From positions 43,067 to 107,066 of the forward strand of contig JBDHHQ010000027.1 in NCBI GenBank assembly GCA_039589315.1: DNA of 64,000 nt. Direction: 5' to 3'. Source of the DNA: Gemmatimonadota bacterium (lineage in GTDB: Bacteria; Gemmatimonadota; Gemmatimonadetes; Longimicrobiales; Gaopeijiaceae). Below the pieces are notes generated by a model. That model ran no database searches. It was not told the origin of the DNA and saw only the letters and a list, made by a program, of their open reading frames with translations. The position numbers were made by a program, and so were the translations under genes. Every line of letters begins with the position of its first letter. The first letter of the stretch is position 1. Below, piece after piece: positions 19,884-27,483 of this stretch.

Positions 19884-22800
19884 ATGAAGACCAAGTCCGA
19901 AGGGTCAATAGAGACGCTCGCTGGAGGGAACGGCGACGGTCGGACGATCGACCGGAGGCGGTTCATCCAGACTTCCGCTTTGGTGGGGGGGTCCGGTGTG
20001 CTCGCGGGTTGCGGCTCCCTCGTGCGCCACGACGTCGAGCCGATCGGCGACTACGTCCTGGCGCAGCCAGAGAACGTGCTGTACTCGACTTGTCTCCAGT
20101 GCCACGTGGCGTGCCAGATCAAGGCGAAGATCTGGGACGGCACGCTGGCCAAGCTCACTGGCAACCCGTACAGCCCTCAAAACTACCTGCCGCACCTGGA
20201 CTACGCGACGGACCTGGGAAGAGCGGCCCGAACCGACGGGAAGCTCTGCGCCAAGGGGCAGTCCGGGGTCCAAACCTACAGCGACCCATACCGCATCCGA
20301 CGGGTGCTCAAACGGGCGGGCCCCAGGGGCTCCGGTCAGTGGACTGCCATCGACTTCGATCAGTTCATCGACGAGGTCGTGGAGGGAGGACAGCTCTTCT
20401 CGTCCATAGGGGACACGCGGACCTACCCCGGCTTCGATGAGGTGTACGCTCTTCGGGACCGTGATCTGGCGAACCGCTTGGCGGCGGACGCGTCGGCCTT
20501 CTCGGCGGGCGACATGAACCTAGAGGAGTTCCGCTCGGCGCACCGCGAACACCTCGACCTCCTCATCGACCCCGAGCACCCGGACCTCGGGCCGAAGAAC
20601 AACGGCTTCGTGTTCGACGCCGGCCGCATCGAGCACGGTCGCAAGGAGCTCATGGCGTGGTTCACGAAGGACTCACTGGGGTCGGTGAACTACTTCGAGC
20701 ACACGACGATCTGCGAGCAGTCCCACCACATCGCCTACAACGAGATGACGGGCGGCGACAACAACCACATGAAGCCCGATCTCATGAACGCCGAGTTCGT
20801 GATCTTCTGGGGCACCGGTGCCTTCACGGCGAACTTCGGGCTCACTCCGATGGCCGAGAAGGTGACCAGCGGCAAGGTGGGTCGCGGCATGAAGACGGCC
20901 GTGGTCGACCCACGTCTCTCCAACGACGCGGCCAAGGCGGACTGGTGGCTGCCGGTGGAGCCGGGCGCCGACGGTGCGCTGGCCCAAGCGATGATCCGCT
21001 GGATCCTCGAGAACGAGCGCTACGACGCCCGGTACCTGGCCAACGCCAACCGTGCGGCCGCCGCTGAGGACGGCGAGTCCTCATGGACGAACGGCACGCA
21101 TCTGGTGAAGGTCGAGAACGGGAGGGCCGCCTCGCTGCTGCGGGCTTCCGAGGCGGGGATCCCGGGCGGCGACCTCCCGGTCGTCGTGGTGAGTGGCGGA
21201 CGGCTCGTCGCGGTGGACCCCGACGACACGGTCCGCCCCGTCGAAGGCGACCTTTTCGTCGACCGTACGGTGAGGGGCATCCGGGTCAAGAGCGCGCTAC
21301 AGCTCCTACGGGACGAGGCCTTCTCCCGCTCGTATCAGGAATACGAGGAGATCACGGGCGTCGATTCGGGCAAGATGGCCGAAGTGGCGCGGGAGCTCAC
21401 CAGCCACGGGAAAAGGGCGGGCGTGGAGTTGTACAGAGGGCCCGTGCAGCACACCGACGGCTACTACGCCGGAGCATCCATCATCGCTCTGAACGTCCTC
21501 ATCGGAAACGCGGACTGGAAGGGTGGACTGGCCAAGGGCGGCGGCCACTGGCACGAGTTCGGGGGCCAGCCGGGCACGGCATACGAAATCGGATCCCTGC
21601 ATCCGGCGAAGTTCAGCGCCTGGGGGCCGCTCATCACGAGGGAGAAGTCGCGTTACGAGTCGACCAGCCTCTTCCGGGAGAACGGGTATCCTGCGGCCCG
21701 GCCCTGGTATCCGCTCACCAGCAATGTTTATCAGGAGGTCGTACCCTCGTTCGCCCAGGGCTATCCCTACCCGGGCAGGATCCTCTTCCTGCATAAGGGG
21801 ACGCCGGTCCTGGCAACCCCGGCGGGGGACAAGATCATCGACATGCTCCGCGACCCGGAGCGCGTCCCGCTCTTCATCGCGTGCGACATCATCGTGGCCG
21901 AGACCTCGATGTACGCCGACTACATCCTCCCGGACCTCACGTTCCTGGAGCGCTGGGGCACGCCGCACGTGAGTCCCGACATCGTCTGCAAGATCAGCAA
22001 GGTCCGGCAGCCAGTGGCAGTGCCGCTCACCGAAGAGGTGGAGGTCGACGGGGAGTTGATGCCCATATCCATGGAGGCGTTCCTCATCGCCATCGGCAAG
22101 CGCTTGGACCTTCCGGGGTTCGGGGTGCACGGGCTCGGACCCGACTTCGGCTTCGACCGGCCCGAGGACTGGTTCCTGAAGCTGATGACCAACCTCGCTA
22201 TCGGCGACCGGCTGAACGAGGAGGTGCCCGACGCCTCGGAAGAGGAGATGCGGATCTTCCGGGAGTCCCACCGCCACCTGCCCCCGTCGGTGTTCGACGA
22301 GGCCAAGTGGGCGGCGGCGGTACGCCCCGAGGAGTGGCCCAAGCTCGTGTACCTGCTCAACCGTGGGGGCCGCTTCGCCGCGTTGGAGTCGGGCTACAGC
22401 GGCGAGCGCATGGCCCGCAGGTTCGGGAAGATGTGGCTCCTCTTCTCGGAGAAAGTGGCGAACACCCGGAACAGCATGAGCGGCGAGCCGTTCCACGGGA
22501 TCCCCGTCTACCGGGGCCAGGTGGATGCTGCCGGTGCACCTCTCGATGCGGATGGGTCCCATCCGCTCACGTTGATAACGTATAAGGAGCCCTTCGGCGG
22601 CCACTCACGGACCATCTCCAACTACTGGTCCAACGTGGCCCTGCGGAACGAGAACCGGATCCTGATCAACCGGCGTGACGCCCTGTCCCTGGGACTCGAG
22701 GACGGACAGACGGTGCGCCTGGTCTCCGCGGCAAACCCCGCCGGCACGGTGGTCCTGGGCGACGGTCGCACCATCGACGTCGTGGGCAAGCTGGAGGTCA

Positions 22801-22970
22801 AGGAGGGCATCCGACCAGGTGTCGTAGCGGTGTCCTGGCACTACGGACACTGGGCGTACGGATCCAACGACATCGAGGTGGACGGAACCGTGGTCCACGG
22901 CGACAAGCGCCGCGCCAAGGGGCTCTGCGGCGGTTTGAACAGCCCCACACCAGGGGAGACATACAGATGA
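19884..22970 (+). CDS. Molybdopterin oxidoreductase catalytic subunit, TtrA/SrdA-like; C-terminus apparently truncated
   Basis: Tat 'DRRRFI' + 'LAGC'; CLQCHVAC..LCAKG; 'HTTICEQSHH'; 'ADYILPD..LERWG'; 'GIRPGVVAVSWHYGH'. Confidence 0.88.
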   Translation: MKTKSEGSIETLAGGNGDGRTIDRRRFIQTSALVGGSGVLAGCGSLVRHDVEPIGDYVLAQPENVLYSTCLQCHVACQIKAKIWDGTLAKLTGNPYSPQNYLPHLDYATDLGRAARTDGKLCAKGQSGVQTYSDPYRIRRVLKRAGPRGSGQWTAIDFDQFIDEVVEGGQLFSSIGDTRTYPGFDEVYALRDRDLANRLAADASAFSAGDMNLEEFRSAHREHLDLLIDPEHPDLGPKNNGFVFDAGRIEHGRKELMAWFTKDSLGSVNYFEHTTICEQSHHIAYNEMTGGDNNHMKPDLMNAEFVIFWGTGAFTANFGLTPMAEKVTSGKVGRGMKTAVVDPRLSNDAAKADWWLPVEPGADGALAQAMIRWILENERYDARYLANANRAAAAEDGESSWTNGTHLVKVENGRAASLLRASEAGIPGGDLPVVVVSGGRLVAVDPDDTVRPVEGDLFVDRTVRGIRVKSALQLLRDEAFSRSYQEYEEITGVDSGKMAEVARELTSHGKRAGVELYRGPVQHTDGYYAGASIIALNVLIGNADWKGGLAKGGGHWHEFGGQPGTAYEIGSLHPAKFSAWGPLITREKSRYESTSLFRENGYPAARPWYPLTSNVYQEVVPSFAQGYPYPGRILFLHKGTPVLATPAGDKIIDMLRDPERVPLFIACDIIVAETSMYADYILPDLTFLERWGTPHVSPDIVCKISKVRQPVAVPLTEEVEVDGELMPISMEAFLIAIGKRLDLPGFGVHGLGPDFGFDRPEDWFLKLMTNLAIGDRLNEEVPDASEEEMRIFRESHRHLPPSVFDEAKWAAAVRPEEWPKLVYLLNRGGRFAALESGYSGERMARRFGKMWLLFSEKVANTRNSMSGEPFHGIPVYRGQVDAAGAPLDADGSHPLTLITYKEPFGGHSRTISNYWSNVALRNENRILINRRDALSLGLEDGQTVRLVSAANPAGTVVLGDGRTIDVVGKLEVKEGIRPGVVAVSWHYGHWAYGSNDIEVDGTVVHGDKRRAKGLCGGLNSPTPGETYR

Positions 22971-24010
22971 AGCGCGCGCGAGTTGGTCGGGTTCTGGCAT
23001 TGGCCGGGACTTTGGTCCTGCCGTGCGGAGTAGCCGCACAGGACGTGCCTGAGTGGGTGACCCGGACGAGGTTGTCCGGCCTGGCGTTTGGGGACTACTA
23101 CTGGATCGCGTCCTCCGACAACGAGGAGCTGAGCGGCCAGCACGGATGGTGGTTCCGGAGGATCTACGTGACGATGGATACGGAGCTGGGGGGCGACTTC
23201 GACTTCCGCTTCCGGCTCGAGGCCAGGTCCCCCGGGGACTTCGAGTCCTCGGTCGCGCTGATACCCTTCGTCAAGGACGCCTGGGTTCGATGGAGGCTCA
23301 AGCGGCAGCAGTTCTATCTCGGGATCGTATCCGATCCCACCTGGGAGCTCGTGGAGGGCACCTGGGGTTACCGCGACGTGGAAAAGACACCCCTCGACCT
23401 CCAGCGAATGGGCAGCTCCCGTGACTTCGGCGTCTCGGGCAAGGGGCCCATCTCCCGGAACGGCGTCGTTCAATACCACGCCATGCTGGGCAACGGATCA
23501 TCCACGCGGGGCGAGCTGAACGAGGGGAAGAAGGCCTACCTGGCCCTCAACCTCTTCCCGGGCGACTTCATCATTCAGGCGTATGCCGACTTCGAGCAGC
23601 GTGACGAGAACGCGGATCGATCGACTCTCCAGGGGTTCGCCGCGTGGCGGACGGACGCCGGCCGCGTGGGCGTCCAGTTCGCCCACCAGGAGCGGGACGA
23701 GGGAGAAGGCGTGACCATGGACCTGGACGTCCTCTCGGTGTGGGGCGTGTGGAACGCCAGCGAAAAGCTCTCGCTTCTCGCCCGGTACGACAAGATGTTC
23801 GATCCAAACCCCGAGGCGGAGAAGATCCCGTACGTTCCCTTCTCTTCCCTCGGAAAGTCGAACCTTGTACTGGTCGGGCTCGACTGGACGCTGGTGGACC
23901 GCTTTCACCTGATCCCCAACATCCAGGCGGTCTTCTACGACGCCGCGGGAGACACCGAGGCGCCCGCCTCCGAGGTGATCCCGCGGATCACGTTCTCGGT
24001 CACGTTCTGA
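22967..24010 (+). CDS. Outer-membrane porin-like beta-barrel (OprO/P-like)
   Basis: Signal peptide; 'FRRIYVT', 'FVKDAW', 'SSRDFG', 'ARYD'; terminal Phe. Confidence 0.72.
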   Translation: MKRARVGRVLALAGTLVLPCGVAAQDVPEWVTRTRLSGLAFGDYYWIASSDNEELSGQHGWWFRRIYVTMDTELGGDFDFRFRLEARSPGDFESSVALIPFVKDAWVRWRLKRQQFYLGIVSDPTWELVEGTWGYRDVEKTPLDLQRMGSSRDFGVSGKGPISRNGVVQYHAMLGNGSSTRGELNEGKKAYLALNLFPGDFIIQAYADFEQRDENADRSTLQGFAAWRTDAGRVGVQFAHQERDEGEGVTMDLDVLSVWGVWNASEKLSLLARYDKMFDPNPEAEKIPYVPFSSLGKSNLVLVGLDWTLVDRFHLIPNIQAVFYDAAGDTEAPASEVIPRITFSVTF

Positions 24011-24027
24011 ACGGCAGAGGAGGACCC

Positions 24028-24348
24028 ATGGCTTCACCGCCCACGCCCCCGGCACGCTTCGTCGAGTTCGCGACCCGTTTTCCCGAGCTGGCGCAGGCCT
24101 GGGAGCTATCCGCCAAGGCCGGAAGGGACGGGCCGCTCGACGAGCGAACGGCACGCCTGGTCAAGCTGGCCGTCGCCATCGGTGCCATGAGGGAGGGAGC
24201 CGTTCACGCCAGCGTGCGGAAGGCGCTGGCCATGGGGATCGAGGCCGAGGCTCTTGAGCAGGTCGTGGCGCTCGGCGCCGGCACGCTCGGGATGCCGGCC
24301 ACCGTCGCCGCGTGGGGCTGGGTCCGGGAGCTACTGCCGGAAGAATGA
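24028..24348 (+). CDS. Carboxymuconolactone decarboxylase (CMD) family protein
   Basis: GAGGAGG RBS; 'GPLDERTARLVKLAVAIG..GAVHASVRKAL..TLGMP'. Confidence 0.85.
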   Translation: MASPPTPPARFVEFATRFPELAQAWELSAKAGRDGPLDERTARLVKLAVAIGAMREGAVHASVRKALAMGIEAEALEQVVALGAGTLGMPATVAAWGWVRELLPEE

Positions 24349-24524
24349 GCCGGCTCCCCAGGGAGCCAAGAGGTGGACCGTGGACGACGACGCGCATCAC
24401 CTGGGACCCAAGTCCGTCGGATCTCTCGGCGGGACACTCCTCCTCTGACTCGGAGCTTCGGGCAGGACCTTGGTCAGCTGGGCCATGGCGGGAGGGCTCC
24501 TTACGACCATGCTCTTCTTGAGGG

Positions 24525-24726
24525 ATAGGCATCATGGGGGCATGGCGTCCACTGCTGGCTCCGCTCAGCAGGGAGAGAGCCCGAAGACCGAGAGGCGTTC
24601 TCCTTGGGAGTAGGGCGCTTTCATTAGCGCGCGCGAGAGTCCTACAGCCCGAGGAGGAGAACGCCCATGGACACGTGTATTGGATTGAACGCGCACGCGG
24701 CAAGCTGCACGCTGGGGATCATCGGC
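24525..24726 (+). mobile_element. IS110-family relic: structured non-coding end + first ~20 codons of the transposase
   Basis: ATG 24667 MDTCIGLNAHAASCTLGIIG resembles the IS110 DEDD N-terminus (IGLDxH) with D->N; nested hairpins upstream. Confidence 0.65.
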
Positions 24727-24756
24727 CGTGATCGAGCGCCGCGTCATCCCGTCGTC

Positions 24757-24883
24757 TGCCAACGCCCGCGGCGATCAGACGCAACCAGACGCAACCCCTC
24801 GACCCAGCCAAGCCCCGAGAGCCCCCGTCCCCGCAGCCAGATGCAACCACACGCAACCAGACGCAGAGAACCTGACGGAACTC
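24757..24883 (+). repeat. att-like site D (longest arm; tRNA part lost or different)
   Basis: TGCCAACGC..CAGACGCAACCAGACGCAAC..CCCCCGTCCCCGCAGCCAGATGCAACCACACGCAACCAGACGCAGAGAACCTGACGGAACT. Confidence 0.7.
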
Positions 24884-24967
24884 TTACGCAGCCACCCGGG
24901 ACGCCAACCACGATGATGACGAACTCGGTCAGGGCTCGACTGAGGCGGCCAGCACGGGATTGATCGC

Positions 24968-25415
24968 TCAGGGGTCAGGCGTGGTGTTTGAGGTGAGCTG
25001 GTCGAGCCAGCTGAACAGGAGTCGCACTTCGTGGCCGATGTTCGGGTTGTTCCGCACCATCACGAAACGTCCGTCGGGCAGTACGTCCCAGTTGTGATCG
25101 TTGCTGAAGTCGTGCGGCTCGGTGAACAAAACCGTTGGGACGCCTACAACCTCGAATCCAGGCGAGGTCGCGACCTCGACCGCCATGATCGAGTTGCCGT
25201 CTCGGTGGTAGATCTCCGTTCCGTCGGGCGACCACCGGGGCTCAGTCCCGCCGCCGTTCGAAACCTGTGCCGCAGTCGTAGCACCGGTGTAGGCCCGGAC
25301 GTAGACGTCGGCGATGCCGGTGACGCTGGAGCTGTGCGCGATCCAAGCACCGTCCGGTGACGTATCGGGATACCCTTCGAACGCGGGTGTCGCCAGCAGA
25401 TCTGTGGAAGTGTCT
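24968..25415 (-). pseudogene. C-terminal fragment of a TolB/PD40 beta-propeller protein
   Basis: 'SPDGAWIA..DVYVR..QVSNGGGTEPRWSPDG..WDVLPDGRFVMV'; no plausible start. Confidence 0.7.
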
Positions 25416-25703
25416 TGGGGGAGCGCACTGCCGACGTTTCAGCTGTAACGCCCGCGCCTACCGAAGCGGGCGCCGAACTACGGCCCGACGAACGGTCGAA
25501 CGACCGACTACTTCCCCGGTGACTTGTTCTCGGACGGAGTCCTCTAGAACCGGACGTTGGACCTGAGGGCCACGATCCGTCTCCCCCTTGCGCCCTCCAC
25601 GGCCCTTCACCGACGCCCGCGATGGACGGCCGTCGTGTGGCCGGGAATCGACGCGGACCGGGTGCCCCGTGCGCGCCCATGGACCCCGCCCTATTCTCGC
25701 CCC

Positions 25704-27272
25704 ATGGGCGAGACGCGCGTGAACCTGTTGCATCTACTCGAGGACCTCCGGGACGCGTACCCGGGCTCGCTGGAGGAGACGATCGTTGTGGAGATGGTGG
25801 CGAACGCGCTCGACTCGGGCGCCCGCCGCATCGGGCTGTCGACGGATCCCGTGGCCGGTGCTCTGACGGTCACCGACGACGGCCGGGGCATGAGCCGCCC
25901 CGTCATGTCCCGGTATCACGATCTCGCTTCCACGACGAAACGGCGCGGCCGGAGCATCGGGTTCGCCGGGGTGGGGATCAAGCTGGCCCTCCTGATCTCC
26001 GAGGACGTGATCACCGAGAGCCGCACCGGGCGCAGCCATCGTGCCACCTCGTGGCGGCTGTCCTCGAAGAACCGGGCCCCGTGGCGCTGGATCGAGCCGC
26101 AGGGAATGCTGGACCGGGGCGGGGTAGAGCGGGCCGGGGGGGAGCGGGACCCGGCCCGAACCACGGGAACCGCGGTGCGACTCTACCTGACCAATGCGCT
26201 GTCGTCGCTCCTGGACGCGGGCTTCCTGGAGGGCCTCGTGGTGGACCATTTCCGCCCGCTGTTCGATCCGCAGTTCGATCCGATCCTGGCCCCGGTCTAT
26301 CCCGACGGTGTCCAGTTCGCGGTGAACGGCCGAGAGATCCCGAGGACGGCCCCCGAGCCCGGAAGAACGCCCCTCCGGATTCGAGTCGGGAGACAGCGGA
26401 AGGCGTCCGGTATGGGGTACATGGTCGACACCGGCGACACGGCCAACCCGGAGTCCGGGATCGCGGTGAGCACGCTCGGCAAGGTCATCAAGCGGGGCTG
26501 GGACTGGCTGGGGCTCGCCCCGGCCGAGGCCGCGTCCGTCTCGGGCCTCGTCGAGGTCCCGGCCCTCGCCGAGGCGCTCACGCTGAACAAGGCCGACTTC
26601 ATCCGGACCGGGCAGAAGGGCGCTACGTTTCTCGCCTATCGGAAGGCGATCCAGGAACCGGTGGCGAAGCTGTTGATGGAACTGGGAGACGCTCCCCGGC
26701 CGTCCACGTCGCGCCGGCCGAGGACGCGCACCCTCGAGCGCGACCTCAGGTCCGTGCTCTCGGCCCTCTCGGGAGACTTCCCGCTGATCGCCACGCTGGT
26801 CGAGCACCGCGCCGGCGGACAGAGCCGCCTCGCTCTGGGAGATCCCGGGTCACCCGGCACCGGCCTCGTGCCGGCGCTCGGCACGGGCGCTGGCCCGGCC
26901 GCGCCACCGCCCGCCGAGGAGGGTCCGACCGGACCGGCAGGCGGAGGGGCGCCTCCCCAGGGTGGCGACACGGGTCCCGGACGGAGCACGCGTGTTCCGG
27001 TCCCCGGCGGCAGGAAGCGGAAGAGGCCCTCGACCCTCGGTCTCTCGATACGGTTCGACAGCCGGCCCGACGATCCCTCCATGGGCCGGCTCGTCGAGTC
27101 GACGGTGTGGGTCAACGAAGCGCACCCCGCATACCGGCGTGCGCTGGCGTCGCGGTCGGAGGGATACCACCTCGCCGCGACGGTTGCGCTCACCCTCGCC
27201 CCCCTGGCCGTCGAGCCAGCTCGGGTCCAGGAGTTCGTGACGGCGTTCCTGGGCCGGTGGGGCGAGGTGTAG
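25704..27272 (+). CDS. GHKL (Hsp90/MORC-like) ATPase
   Basis: Bergerat motifs 'EMVANALD', 'DDGRGM', 'GFAGVG', 'TGT'; Pro/Gly linker; 'VWVNEAHPAY'. Confidence 0.82.
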   Translation: MGETRVNLLHLLEDLRDAYPGSLEETIVVEMVANALDSGARRIGLSTDPVAGALTVTDDGRGMSRPVMSRYHDLASTTKRRGRSIGFAGVGIKLALLISEDVITESRTGRSHRATSWRLSSKNRAPWRWIEPQGMLDRGGVERAGGERDPARTTGTAVRLYLTNALSSLLDAGFLEGLVVDHFRPLFDPQFDPILAPVYPDGVQFAVNGREIPRTAPEPGRTPLRIRVGRQRKASGMGYMVDTGDTANPESGIAVSTLGKVIKRGWDWLGLAPAEAASVSGLVEVPALAEALTLNKADFIRTGQKGATFLAYRKAIQEPVAKLLMELGDAPRPSTSRRPRTRTLERDLRSVLSALSGDFPLIATLVEHRAGGQSRLALGDPGSPGTGLVPALGTGAGPAAPPPAEEGPTGPAGGGAPPQGGDTGPGRSTRVPVPGGRKRKRPSTLGLSIRFDSRPDDPSMGRLVESTVWVNEAHPAYRRALASRSEGYHLAATVALTLAPLAVEPARVQEFVTAFLGRWGEV

Positions 27273-27415
27273 AACGACTCTGAGAGGATGAGGTGATATC
27301 CCGTCGGATCAGCCAGCCCTCACTTTTGTCGCGGTCACCGCGGCCCATGTGAGTCTGACGTCAGAGGACGGCGAAGCGGCCACCATCCGTGTCGCGGAGC
27401 AGTCCGGCATCAGCT

Positions 27416-27483
27416 GTCAGGCGGAGGACGGCCTCTTGTCGGGCAGGCGCAGCTCGAAACGAGACAGGTTGATCTCGTGCCCC
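27416..27483 (-). pseudogene. Tiny remnant resembling DUF5916/CBM9-hydrolase proteins
   Basis: 'EINLSRFELRLPDKRP' resembles the conserved 'NLSRFE.F.PEKRPFF'. Confidence 0.4.

Noticed and set aside
19884..22970. Naming the enzyme ArrA, AioA or TtrA outright
   Set aside because: Substrate cannot be assigned without a phylogeny; only clade-level resemblance is visible.
24757..24883. CRISPR array from the ACCAGACGCA repeats
   Set aside because: Units are 10 nt and adjacent, with no unique spacers and no cas genes.
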